A stretch of DNA of 64,000 nt from Bacilli bacterium (lineage in GTDB: Bacteria > Bacillota_I > Bacilli_A > ML615J-28 > CAG-698). The position numbers and the translations under genes were made by a program. This document shows positions 19,309 to 29,223 of the stretch, in pieces (the stretch's first letter is position 1; each line of letters opens with the position of its first letter). The stretch lies in NCBI GenBank assembly GCA_050953045.1, contig JBMNLY010000001.1, forward strand, positions 279,879-343,878, read 5' to 3'. The notes beneath the pieces were generated by a model, which saw only the letters and a program-made list of their open reading frames with translations, ran no database searches and was not told the DNA's origin.

Positions 19309-20034
19309 TTTTCCGTTTTCATAATTTGCATAATAAATATCTTCGATAGATTTATAACCGGCTTTTCTTACTTCTTTTAAAAGCCAAGATTCACTAAGGT
19401 TTAACAACTGTAAATTCCGACCGTTGATTTTTCCGGAAACAATTAACGGAAAAGGAAAGATGTCTTGCTTTTGATTACTATTTTGATTTTGTTGCTGTTG
19501 TTTCTTAAGTTCCGATGCTTTAATATTCGTTACTGGACTGGAGCTTTTCGTATTTGTATTTGGTTCGACCTCACTTGGAGAAGAAAATTCATCTTTTTTA
19601 AAAACACTGATTTCGCCGTTAGCTTCTAAAATCGCATAACGCACTTCAGAAATCGACCTAATATTTTTCAGTCGAAGTTGTGTAACCAAATCATCAATAT
19701 TATAGGATTGTTTTTTCATCTCTTTGATATTAATCTTGCCTTCAATGATAATCGGTGAATCTTTCCCGTCAAAAAAAGATCTTAAGACTGACCATCTTAG
19801 CATCACTTTCGCAAGAACTTTTTGAATCAGTCCAAGAAGAAAGATGCCAAGTAAATGGATATAGAAGGGCGGATCGGTGTTTTCAATGCCGATGACTGCA
19901 ATATCAGCAATCACCAGAATTATTACAAAATCAAAAAGGCTTAACTGCCCGATTTCACGTTTGCCCATGAATTTCATCAAGAGTAAGATTGCAAAGTATA
20001 CAATCGCAATCTTAACTAAAATTAGCCAATCCAT
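19279..20034 (-). CDS. DUF421/YetF-family membrane protein (YrbG-like)
   Basis: MGKREIGQLSLFDFV, AILE.NG.ISV. Confidence 0.9.
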   Translation of the reverse strand: MDWLILVKIAIVYFAILLLMKFMGKREIGQLSLFDFVIILVIADIAVIGIENTDPPFYIHLLGIFLLGLIQKVLAKVMLRWSVLRSFFDGKDSPIIIEGKINIKEMKKQSYNIDDLVTQLRLKNIRSISEVRYAILEANGEISVFKKDEFSSPSEVEPNTNTKSSSPVTNIKASELKKQQQQNQNSNQKQDIFPFPLIVSGKINGRNLQLLNLSESWLLKEVRKAGYKSIEDIYYANYENGKLFIVQTCDF

Positions 20035-20081
20035 AAATCCTCCGGTTCTAATTAAGACAATTCTCAAATATAATTCAATAG

Positions 20082-20483
20082 GTGATTAGATTGAAAACAA
20101 AAATCAAAAGAAAACTCTTTGTTTACTTTTGTTTCATCTTTATTCTTGCCATCTTTTCTAGCATTTATGCATTGCTCATCTATCTTGGAAAAGCGGACAG
20201 CAGAATCACTTCCTTTAATACAATCACATTTATTGCCGGAATTATTCTTTTTTTAATCTTAGGAATCTTAGCCGGAAACACAGCCCAAAAAAATGGTCTT
20301 TTAGAAGGTTTGATTGCAGCAGCATTTATTATTCTGGTTACGCTTATCATTAATTTCTTTGTTCATGTCCCTTTTGTCAGTAAAAGTTTTGTTAAGACGG
20401 CAAGCTATCTTACCGCTTCTTCTTTGGGAGGAATCATCGGCGTAAATTTCCCGCCTTTATTGAAAACCGAAGAGGCTGATTAA
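20082..20483 (+). CDS. Four-TM membrane protein (YrzE/TIGR04086-like)
   Basis: AG...KNGLLEG and LGGIIGVN motifs; synteny with yrbG-spoVB. Confidence 0.7.
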   Translation: MIRLKTKIKRKLFVYFCFIFILAIFSSIYALLIYLGKADSRITSFNTITFIAGIILFLILGILAGNTAQKNGLLEGLIAAAFIILVTLIINFFVHVPFVSKSFVKTASYLTASSLGGIIGVNFPPLLKTEEAD

Positions 20484-20533
20484 CTTTACAGGAAAGGCTG
20501 AATATGGTAAAATAATCTTATAAAGGTGAGATT

Positions 20534-21772
20534 ATGGAACCATTAGCCTATCGAATGCGCCCTGTATCCTTAGACGATATTGTCGGACAAAATCATCTGG
20601 TTGGAAAAAATGGCGTTATCAGAAGAATGCTCGCAAACGGGCATTTGCCATCAATTATTTTATATGGAACTCCGGGAATTGGAAAGACGACAATCGCCTC
20701 TGCGGTTGCACACGAGCTTCAACTCCCCTCTTTCACGTTCAATGCTTCAACTGACAATAAAGCGGCTTTAAAAGATATCATTGCAAGCGCAGAAGCAAAT
20801 CCGCAAACACTCGTTATTATTGACGAAATCCACCGGATGAAAAAAGATATCCAAGATTACCTGCTTCCGCATGTAGAAAAAGGCCGGATTACCATGCTTG
20901 GAATTACAACGGTTAATCCCTATCATTCCGTCAATCCCGCCGTCAGGAGCCGCTGTCTGGTTTTTAAACTTGACAGTTTAACGGAAGCTGATTTAAATAT
21001 TCTCTTAAACCGCGCTTTAAGTATCTTAAATATAAAATCCGTCTTAACAAATCAAGCTAGAGATTATCTTCTAAAAATGGCAAATGGCGAAGCCAGAAGC
21101 TTAATCAATATGGTTGAAGCAATCAGTTTTGCATCCAAGGACGAAAAGGAAATAACCTTGGAGTATGCGAAAGAGGTTATCCAAAAACCTTCAATCAATA
21201 TCGATAAAAACGAAGACAATTATTATGACACCCTAAGCGGGCTCCACAAATCAATTCGAGGAAGCGATGTCAATGCAAGCTTGCATTATCTTGCAAAACT
21301 TTTGATGGCAGAAGATTTCTTGCCGTTGGTTAGAAGACTTTATTGCATTTGCTATGAAGATATCTCTTTAGCAAATCCCGCCATGGGCCCTAAGGTGAAA
21401 GCTGCCTGCGAAGCGGCATTAGAACTTGGAATGCCGGAAGCAAAACTACCTCTTGCCAGCATCGTGATTGACATGGCACTCTCACCTAAATCCAATACTT
21501 CTATGCTGGCGATTACAGCCGCTATCAAAGATATTGAAGAAGGCCGAAGCGGAAACATTCCCCTAAATTTAAAAAACACTTATTCTTTTGATCCCAAACA
21601 AAAAACATATTTATATCCGCATGATTATCCGGGTTCTTGGGTAAAACAGCAATATCTTCCGGACCCGATTAAAGATGCTACTTATTATCATCCAAAAGAA
21701 TCAAGCAAATACGAAATCGCTTTGAAAGAAAGATATGAAGCGATTCAAAAGGCAAAAAAAAGCACTCCTTAA
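20534..21772 (+). CDS. rarA: Replication-associated recombination protein A (AAA+)
   Basis: PLAYRMRP, GTPGIGKT, IDEIHR, KSIRGSD, YLYPHDY. Confidence 0.95.
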   Translation: MEPLAYRMRPVSLDDIVGQNHLVGKNGVIRRMLANGHLPSIILYGTPGIGKTTIASAVAHELQLPSFTFNASTDNKAALKDIIASAEANPQTLVIIDEIHRMKKDIQDYLLPHVEKGRITMLGITTVNPYHSVNPAVRSRCLVFKLDSLTEADLNILLNRALSILNIKSVLTNQARDYLLKMANGEARSLINMVEAISFASKDEKEITLEYAKEVIQKPSINIDKNEDNYYDTLSGLHKSIRGSDVNASLHYLAKLLMAEDFLPLVRRLYCICYEDISLANPAMGPKVKAACEAALELGMPEAKLPLASIVIDMALSPKSNTSMLAITAAIKDIEEGRSGNIPLNLKNTYSFDPKQKTYLYPHDYPGSWVKQQYLPDPIKDATYYHPKESSKYEIALKERYEAIQKAKKSTP

Positions 21773-21788
21773 AATTGGGATTGCTTTT

Positions 21789-23534
21789 TTATTTCAAATA
21801 ATTAAGAACCGCTTCCAAATCTTTCTTAGAAACCAAGGCGGTTTGAATTCTCCGGGCTTTAATCTGGCTTAAGTAAAACGAATCACCGTGACTTTGTAAA
21901 AAGGTGGCATTTTCATTATTCATAACTTTTACCGAAAAAGGAATGCTGTCAAGTTTAAAGACCAGTTTATGTGCGTAAAGACTCATAATGATGCTGGTGA
22001 TATAAAACTCTTCTCTTACGACATAGACCGTCGAAACTCCGGCTTTTTCGCCGAGTTGGGTGACATACATCAGTTTATTTTCAAAATAGGAATAAGTTTC
22101 CCGGTCTGCTTGAAAATGATTGATGATAATAAACTTCCTTTGTATTTTCGGCTCTTTCGAACCGTCAATATCCAGTTTCTTATTATATTCGTCTATCGTC
22201 GTTGTTCCATAATTATTTATCGTCTCTAGTTTTTCATCAATTTCTTCGATTACCTTATTTAAATAATCGTTAATCTCCTGTTCGGTTTCAACTTCAAGAA
22301 TCGGTTGGAAATGAATAAAATCATTCTGTTTATCATAGATCTCAATTTGATAATTAATTAAATTCTCCTTCACAAACAAAGCAGAAATATAAAAATTTAT
22401 AAAGTTTTTGATACCGGACCCCTTACTGCCGATTAATAGCAGATTTCCGGAACGGGTGATATCGACTTCACAAAGCTTGTTTTCATAAGTTAAACCAACC
22501 GGCAATAAATAATTATTTTGCAAACTTGCTTGCTTCATTAATAGTTCTCTGATAGTTAAAATTTGAGGATATTTGTTGGTAACTAGAATCATCAAGCTGC
22601 TTCCGTCTTGTGCAAAAAGCAAATCTTCTTCGATCACATTATTTAGCCTCTCCATCACCGCTTTTAGATTATATTCAGAGAAGATTGTAAAACGAAAGCT
22701 TGTTACTTTATAAGAAATTGTCAGATCAACATCCTTATATTCGATATGAAGATTATTAAAAACCGAATGGATTAAACTCCGCATTTCATAACAATGTTTT
22801 TCTTGAAAATTATAATTCATTACGTTCTGAAATTCTTCAAAAATCTTTAAAGGAATTTGTTGGGACCGGGAAAATATATCTTTCCGTTTGTCGGATTTAT
22901 CTTTACGGCCGGAGCCAAGTTGATATCTAAAAAAATTATTAAAATTCTTTGCATATTTACCGATGTTTTTGGTGCCCCTGCCGAAGCTTTTAAAAATATC
23001 AATCAATGGTTTATTTATTATTAAGGAAAAACCAAATAAAATAATAATGATACCGATTAAGACAACTCCGACGGAACCAAAAAGATAATAGATTGCATAA
23101 AACATAATGGCACCGATAATGCCGCCCCCTAGATAGGTATCAACATTGGTATTGATAAAGGATTTATAAACACGCCAGGTTTCAGAAAAATAATTATTGC
23201 TTTTTCGGTTGACATAATTGTGTAAGGGAAAATGAGCAAAAAGCAACAACGAAAAAACAATGAAAACAAAACCGATAAATCTTTGGTTTTTAAAGTTGAA
23301 ACTTTTATGGCGAAGTAGAGATTGAAACCCGTAAAATAACAAAAAGAGAATAATCAACCAATACCAATCCCCAAAAGCAACCTTAAAGAGGACCAGCATA
23401 AAGGAACCGATTTTCCCCAGTTCGCCTAAAACTGTGATTGAGAAAATTATAAAGATGATGCCAATCAGTTCATAGTAAAAAGTCGTTTCTTCTTTTTCTT
23501 GTTCATCGACGCTTCTCTTCTTTTCTTTCCCCAT
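21789..23534 (-). CDS. FtsK/SpoIIIE-like membrane protein with degenerate ATPase motifs
   Basis: FtsK-type N-terminal TM region (GGGIIG), alpha-like domain, LLIGSKGSGIK, RIQTALVS; no gamma domain. Confidence 0.75.
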   Translation of the reverse strand: MGKEKKRSVDEQEKEETTFYYELIGIIFIIFSITVLGELGKIGSFMLVLFKVAFGDWYWLIILFLLFYGFQSLLRHKSFNFKNQRFIGFVFIVFSLLLFAHFPLHNYVNRKSNNYFSETWRVYKSFINTNVDTYLGGGIIGAIMFYAIYYLFGSVGVVLIGIIIILFGFSLIINKPLIDIFKSFGRGTKNIGKYAKNFNNFFRYQLGSGRKDKSDKRKDIFSRSQQIPLKIFEEFQNVMNYNFQEKHCYEMRSLIHSVFNNLHIEYKDVDLTISYKVTSFRFTIFSEYNLKAVMERLNNVIEEDLLFAQDGSSLMILVTNKYPQILTIRELLMKQASLQNNYLLPVGLTYENKLCEVDITRSGNLLLIGSKGSGIKNFINFYISALFVKENLINYQIEIYDKQNDFIHFQPILEVETEQEINDYLNKVIEEIDEKLETINNYGTTTIDEYNKKLDIDGSKEPKIQRKFIIINHFQADRETYSYFENKLMYVTQLGEKAGVSTVYVVREEFYITSIIMSLYAHKLVFKLDSIPFSVKVMNNENATFLQSHGDSFYLSQIKARRIQTALVSKKDLEAVLNYLK

Positions 23535-23652
23535 AAAAAATCCCCTCGTAGCATATTATACAATTAGAATATGTAAAAAAAGGGAGAAAAATATAAGTCT
23601 TAATAAATTATTAAAAGAAAAAATCAAAGCCTCAATAACTAGAGCTTTGATC

Positions 23653-23816
23653 TCATTTGTACAAATTATTCTCATTAAGTGAGCTTTTCTCTTTGTATGT
23701 AGATGAACTAATTTTTATTAGCAATATAATAAGATATATCGCAGTCAGAAGAGAAAGAATGAGTGTAAGAATGATGGTTGACTTATCCCACCAACTGCCT
23801 GCACCTAAAAGGGGCA
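23653..23816 (-). pseudogene. 3' fragment of membrane-protein gene disrupted by IS3 copy 2
   Basis: Hydrophobic open frame ending before terminator 23623-23652; candidate 5' piece with RBS and ATG at 24859 on the other side of the IS. Confidence 0.5.
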
Positions 23817-24811
23817 GGATTATGCACAGCTTGAGAATCAAGTTCTTAAAAAAAAAGAACAATTAGAAAGACAAGCAGAATTACAAAGGTTAGGCAGGAA
23901 GAAACGTACCTAACAATTGATTATTTCAAAGATTTAGGCCATCCGATTATGGTTTTATGCGATATTCTAGAGATTCCACGTAGTTCTTACTACAAGTGGA
24001 AAAATAGATCTAAGCCGAAAAAAGAGACTCAAGATGAAGAAATCTGTAATCTAATTTTAGAATATGATAAGACCTTCCATCATATTCTAGGCTACCGTAG
24101 AATGACGATGTTCATTAATCACTTTAACCGAACAGACTATAGCGTTGGCTATATTCATAGGCTCATGAAGATCTTAGGAGTAAAAGCAAAGATTCGCAGA
24201 TGTAGACCAGGATACAGAAAATCTAAACCTGAATATACAGCTGAAAATATATTAGCTAGGGATTTCAGTGCTGCTAAGCCTAATGAAAAATGGTTATCAG
24301 ATGTGACTGAATTCAAGATCATTGGTCAAAAACAAAAACTATTTTTGTGTGCAATATTTGATTTATATGACAATAGTATCATTGCGTACAAGATGAGCAC
24401 AAGAAACGATAACAAGCTTGTCTTTGATACATTTGATCTTGCAATTAAGAAGCATCCTAATGCAAAACCAATATTTCATAGTGATAGAGGTTATCAATAT
24501 ACATCAATCGGTTTCAAAACAAAGATTAAAAAACAAGGAATTATTCAAAGCATGAGCAGGGTTGGTAAGTGTATTGATAATGGCCCAATGGAAGCATTCT
24601 GGGGAATAATCAAATCAGAAATGTATTATTTAAATAAGTTTTACAGTTTAGAAGACTTAAAACAAGCGATTATTAATTATATAAACTTTTATAATCATAA
24701 GCGATTACAAGGTAAATTAAAATGCTTGCCTCCGATAGAATATCGAAAACAAGCATTAATAGCTTAAATATTTTTATTTTTATTACTGTCTACTTGACAT
24801 GTATCAGTTCA
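23817..24811 (+). mobile_element. IS3-family element copy 2, 5'-truncated
   Basis: Nearly identical to 4274..5268; IRR present; IRL and most of orfA missing. Confidence 0.9.
23949..24767 (+). CDS. IS3 transposase OrfB
   Basis: One amino acid differs from 4406..5224. Confidence 0.9.
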   Translation: MVLCDILEIPRSSYYKWKNRSKPKKETQDEEICNLILEYDKTFHHILGYRRMTMFINHFNRTDYSVGYIHRLMKILGVKAKIRRCRPGYRKSKPEYTAENILARDFSAAKPNEKWLSDVTEFKIIGQKQKLFLCAIFDLYDNSIIAYKMSTRNDNKLVFDTFDLAIKKHPNAKPIFHSDRGYQYTSIGFKTKIKKQGIIQSMSRVGKCIDNGPMEAFWGIIKSEMYYLNKFYSLEDLKQAIINYINFYNHKRLQGKLKCLPPIEYRKQALIA

Positions 24812-24987
24812 AAATTGATGGCTTTTATTGATAGAAAAATTATTAAAATAATTAATCATCACTTCCCCTATTGCTTTCAGCCAATCACAAATTCTTCTCA
24901 TATATTTAACATGGAAGTGTATCAAAATTTTAATACTAATATTTTCCATATTATTTTTGGTTAATCTATAAAACCAAAAAAAAAAAT

Positions 24988-25641
24988 TTAATTATACTTC
25001 AAAAAATTAATTATCGCTTCCGCAATCAACCGATGCCCTTCCTCATTCGGATGCAATGCATCAGGTATATATTTAGCCCTGATTTCCGGAAGAATTGGAT
25101 TTAAAGGTAAATTTCGATACAAATCAAGAATAGGAAGCCCATAATACTCCGCAGTTTGGCGAATTGCATTAAGATAATCGGGAAAATTCTTACCGGTTTC
25201 CGGATTCGGAGTTATATCATCCAAGCTGTTAAAACCGCTTCGGTGGGGAGGAATTAGAATTACAATCTTTTTTCCTAAATATTTTTTTATTAAACCCTGA
25301 AATAAAATATGCAGTGCGCCTTGAAAAGTCGTTTTAAGGCGATCAGAAAAATTTCCAAAGGGAACGGCAATTGAAGCAAAAGCATGGCCATAATCATTGG
25401 TTCCGCCCATAACAAACACTAAATCAGCATCATCTGCCATATCTTGAAATCTGTTTACAAAACTTAAGTCACGAGGAGCAACCATCGTGATTTTAGAACC
25501 GCTATGGCCATAATTATAAACCTTTGAAAAACCAAGTTTTTCTCCGACAATATCAGAAAATCTTATTTCCGAACCGCTTCCGAAGGTAATGCTATCACCC
25601 AAAAAAGCTACTTTCTTACCTTCCCATTTGTTTCCTGTCAT
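24988..25641 (-). CDS. SGNH/GDSL hydrolase
   Basis: FLGDSIT, GGTND, DALHPN. Confidence 0.93.
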   Translation of the reverse strand: MTGNKWEGKKVAFLGDSITFGSGSEIRFSDIVGEKLGFSKVYNYGHSGSKITMVAPRDLSFVNRFQDMADDADLVFVMGGTNDYGHAFASIAVPFGNFSDRLKTTFQGALHILFQGLIKKYLGKKIVILIPPHRSGFNSLDDITPNPETGKNFPDYLNAIRQTAEYYGLPILDLYRNLPLNPILPEIRAKYIPDALHPNEEGHRLIAEAIINFLKYN

Positions 25642-25793
25642 TTAAATCACCTCAGTTGTTTTTAAGATTACTTGAAAAATATTATAACAATAGGAAATTA
25701 TGTATATTATACAACTAAATGCTTGCGAGAACAAGTTAAAATCACAAATTAAAAAAGCAAGTTCATATTGTTTTAATGAACCTGCCTTTCTTT

Positions 25794-26312
25794 TTAATTT
25801 TCGTTTCCGAGCGGATTTTCAATCAATGTCGCAAAGATATATTCATGACGATGACCATCTTCAAAAGTAGTTTCTCCACGGACTAAGTGAACATGACGAC
25901 CGCCCCCAACATCGATGGCTTCACCAGTGGTGTCCTCAATGCGATGAGTATGATCGGTATTATCGGTTAATGTTTCGATCCGATGGACATGGCTGTTTCC
26001 TGCCGGAATGGCGGGACCAGTAACACCAGCAAAACGATGGTTATGGGGTTCTTCTTCCGCTTCCGCTATTCGCGTACTGCCTAGAAATTCATGCACATGT
26101 TGACGGAATCGATCTCTCTTTCTGTCATCATGAAAGCGGTGACGGCGGTTACAATCGTCGTGACGGCGGTGCCGGCAACGGCGGACTAACCGAAAGCAAC
26201 AGCGTCTTTCATCCCAAATCCAGCCCCATTCACTATTTTCTTCCCATCCTTCTTCCCATCTATCTTCCCACCTATCTTCCCTTCTATTTTCTGGACCAAA
26301 GAAATAATTCAT
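25794..26312 (-). CDS. YmaF-family His-rich protein with repetitive N-terminal extension
   Basis: HVHEFLGST, HNHRFAGVTG, HVH, DGHRH, ATLIENP; AAGGAGG RBS. Confidence 0.8.
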   Translation of the reverse strand: MNYFFGPENRREDRWEDRWEEGWEENSEWGWIWDERRCCFRLVRRCRHRRHDDCNRRHRFHDDRKRDRFRQHVHEFLGSTRIAEAEEEPHNHRFAGVTGPAIPAGNSHVHRIETLTDNTDHTHRIEDTTGEAIDVGGGRHVHLVRGETTFEDGHRHEYIFATLIENPLGNEN

Positions 26313-26456
26313 ACATACCTCCTTTTAATATCATAATATGAAATGCGTCCTAAATAGTAAATGGAAAAAGTCCATGTGGAAAAAGAAATATTTCTTGCAA
26401 AAATTTGTTGTTTAGTATATAATCTACTAGTAAGAACTTGTACTAGGAGGACTAAA

Positions 26457-26612
26457 ATGCGCGTAACATTTTTAATGAGATGTTCAGTCTGTAATATGGA
26501 AAACTATTTAACTGAAAAAAATAAGAAAAATACTCCCGACAGAATCGAACAAATGAAATATTGTCCGAAATGTCGCAAACAGACTTTACATAAAGAAAAA
26601 ACTAAGAGATGA
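26457..26612 (+). CDS. rpmG: 50S ribosomal protein L33 (Zn-binding type)
   Basis: CxxC...NY.T.KNKKN.PDR.E..KYCPKC...TLHKE; AGGAGG RBS. Confidence 0.97.
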   Translation: MRVTFLMRCSVCNMENYLTEKNKKNTPDRIEQMKYCPKCRKQTLHKEKTKR

Positions 26613-26656
26613 AAGGGATATGAAAATATCCTTTTTTCTTTTCCTCTGATTCTTTC

Positions 26657-26706
26657 TTGCATTTTTCTACAAATTATGATAAGATAGATAAGGAAATTTT
26701 TATCTA
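26657..26706 (+). promoter_or_regulatory. SigA-type promoter plus inverted repeat upstream of HTH gene and ispG
   Basis: TTGCAT-17-TAAGAT with TG extension; TAGATAA-N8-TTATCTA just downstream. Confidence 0.5.
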
Positions 26707-26724
26707 ATAACTAGGAGGAGTTTT

Positions 26725-27255
26725 ATGGTTGAGAAGAAGCAAGAAGCTGTCGCTTTATTACCAATGCCGGAGGAAAAACCAAAACCGCTCAAATTAAAGC
26801 GGCATGAAAAGAGAAAACTCCGAATCATCAACAGGCTAATTGCCGGTGAAATAAACGGTCCAAAAGCAGCAAAAATGTTGAAGATTACAACCAGACAAGT
26901 CAGGAACTTAAAACGTCAAGTTCTTGATGAAGGTGAATTGGGAGTTGTTCATAAGAACCGTTTTCATAAACCAGTAAACACTTATGAAGAAGACATCAGA
27001 AAGGAATTGGCTCAAATATATCGGAAACAATATAGAGGAACCAATTTTACTGAATTTGCAAGAATCATGCAAAGTCAGGGCTATGATCTTTCTCGAAGCA
27101 CGATTTACAATATTTTAAGGGAAAACCGGATTCGTTCTCCACAAAGAAAACGGAAAAAGAGAAAGAAAAAAACTGTTAAAACGGAGAATGTGACTTTAAA
27201 TGCTACCAAGACAAATCAAGAAGGAAATCAAAATCGGGAAGGTCAGAATCGGTAA
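26725..27255 (+). CDS. HTH DNA-binding protein homologous to the N-terminus of IS1202/ISNCY transposases
   Basis: Aligns by eye with residues ~10-125 of the 8487 transposase; no DDE domain; AGGAGG RBS. Confidence 0.75.
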   Translation: MVEKKQEAVALLPMPEEKPKPLKLKRHEKRKLRIINRLIAGEINGPKAAKMLKITTRQVRNLKRQVLDEGELGVVHKNRFHKPVNTYEEDIRKELAQIYRKQYRGTNFTEFARIMQSQGYDLSRSTIYNILRENRIRSPQRKRKKRKKKTVKTENVTLNATKTNQEGNQNREGQNR

Positions 27256-28261
27256 TAATCATCCTATTGCCATTCAAAGCATGACCAATACCCAAACAAA
27301 GAATATCGAAGCAACCGTTAAACAAATCAAAAGTTTGGAAGCGGTCGGATGCGAAATTGTTCGTGTTGCCGTTTTAAATGAAGATGATGCAAGAGCGCTT
27401 CCGGAAATAAAAAAACAAATCAATCTTCCTTTGGTTGCAGATATTCATTTCGATTACAGGCTTGCCTTAATCGCTTTAGAATCCGGAGTTGATAAACTCA
27501 GAATCAACCCCGGAAATATTGGCGATATCGAAAGAATCAAAAAGGTTGTTGAAGGCTGCCGCGAAAAAAGGGTGCCGATTAGAATCGGCGTCAATTCCGG
27601 CTCACTAGAAAAAGACCTTTTAGAAAAATATCAAGGTCCGACTGCTGAAGCGCTTGTAGAAAGTGCAAAAAGACATGTCAGAATCTTGGAAGAACTAAAT
27701 TTTTTTGATATCGTTATCTCCATTAAAGCTTCAGATGTAAAAAGAACGGTCGAAGCTTATGAGCTCGCAAATTCTACCTTTCCTTATCCGCTTCATATCG
27801 GAGTTACCGAAGCTGGAAGCGTCAAAAGCGGCGCCATACGCTCGGCAATCGGACTTGGAATCCTGCTTCATAAAGGCATCGGTGATACACTCCGCGTCTC
27901 TTTGAGCGCCGATCCTGTTGAGGAGATTAAGGTTGCGAAAGCAATTCTATCTGATTTGGGATTATATGAAAAACCGATTTTAATCAGTTGTCCGACTTGC
28001 GGAAGAATTCAATTTGAAATGCTCAGCATTGTAAACGAAATCGAAGATTATCTGGAGACGCTCGGCAACCGAAAACTGAAAGTCGCTATTATGGGCTGTG
28101 CAGTTAACGGTCCCGGGGAAGCATCCGAAGCTGATATTGGGATTGCAGGCGGCAGAAACGGAGCTTTGCTTTTTAAAAAAGGAAAGATTATCCGCCGCCT
28201 CGAACAAGAAAACATCATTACTGAACTAAAAAAAGAAATTGAGGCCATGATTAGCGAATAA
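27200..28261 (+). CDS. ispG: (E)-4-hydroxy-3-methylbut-2-enyl-diphosphate synthase
   Basis: QSMTNT, VADIHF, RINPGN, SCPTCGR, MGCAVNGPGE. Confidence 0.97.
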   Translation: MLPRQIKKEIKIGKVRIGNNHPIAIQSMTNTQTKNIEATVKQIKSLEAVGCEIVRVAVLNEDDARALPEIKKQINLPLVADIHFDYRLALIALESGVDKLRINPGNIGDIERIKKVVEGCREKRVPIRIGVNSGSLEKDLLEKYQGPTAEALVESAKRHVRILEELNFFDIVISIKASDVKRTVEAYELANSTFPYPLHIGVTEAGSVKSGAIRSAIGLGILLHKGIGDTLRVSLSADPVEEIKVAKAILSDLGLYEKPILISCPTCGRIQFEMLSIVNEIEDYLETLGNRKLKVAIMGCAVNGPGEASEADIGIAGGRNGALLFKKGKIIRRLEQENIITELKKEIEAMISE

Positions 28262-28350
28262 TCATGACCTTTTTTTTATTTCTAGGTATTGGGTATTGTA
28301 TCTGAATCAAAAAAATGTTATATTATTCTTAGTAAAACAGAGGTGAAGAT

Positions 28351-29223
28351 ATGGAAAAAGTCATAGAAATTACTGACCTAAAGAAATATTACGGTAAAGC
28401 CAGAGGGGTTGAAAGTGTCAGTTTCGATCTCCATCAAGGCGAAATTCTCGGTTTTGTCGGTCCGAATGGGGCCGGAAAGTCAACCGTTATCAGAACGATT
28501 ATGGGCTTGATTCAAAAAACTGCAGGTCAGATTAAAATTTTTGGAAAAAATCCAGCTCCCGAAACCAATGCTTTAATTGGATATCTTCCAAGCGAAATCT
28601 TCTTGTATCCGGAACTAACGGTTTATAAGCAGCTAATCTATTTTTCTAAAGTCAGAAAAACAAGTACAAATAGAATTTTAGAACTTTCGGAACGCTTAAA
28701 TCTCGACTTAAACAGAAAAATCCGTGAACTTTCTTTCGGAAATCGAAAAAAAGTCGGCATTATCTCCGCTTTATTGCATTCTCCGAAAATCATCATCTTA
28801 GATGAACCGACAGCCGGACTCGATCCTTTAATCCAACAAGAATTCTTTGCAATTTTAGAAGAAGAAAAACGACGTGGTGCCTCAATTCTTCTTTCAAGTC
28901 ATGTATTAAGCGAAGTTGAAAAAATCTGTAACCGTGTGCTTTTAATCAAAGAAGGAAAAATTCTCTTTTCCGACCAAATCGAAAATCTAAAGAAGAATGA
29001 ATATAAGAAGGTCTATGTAAACCCCGTTCTTGAAGGAGTTAAATTGGAAGGATTGGAATACTTAGGAAAGCACAATAATCTGACAATTTACTCATTTAAA
29101 GGTGACGTTAACCTTCTCGTCCAACAATTATCCTATTACCGTCTCCAATCCCTTCGCATCGAAGATCTCGATCTTGAAGAAATTTTCATACATTATTACC
29201 GCAAGGAGAAAGAAAATGATTAA
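28351..29223 (+). CDS. ABC-2 type exporter ATP-binding protein
   Basis: GPNGAGKST, LDEPTAGLDP. Confidence 0.92.
   Translation: MEKVIEITDLKKYYGKARGVESVSFDLHQGEILGFVGPNGAGKSTVIRTIMGLIQKTAGQIKIFGKNPAPETNALIGYLPSEIFLYPELTVYKQLIYFSKVRKTSTNRILELSERLNLDLNRKIRELSFGNRKKVGIISALLHSPKIIILDEPTAGLDPLIQQEFFAILEEEKRRGASILLSSHVLSEVEKICNRVLLIKEGKILFSDQIENLKKNEYKKVYVNPVLEGVKLEGLEYLGKHNNLTIYSFKGDVNLLVQQLSYYRLQSLRIEDLDLEEIFIHYYRKEKEND

Noticed and set aside
23657-23866. 69-aa ORFs on both strands in the ORF track
   Set aside because: They span the IS3 deletion junction and are chimeric
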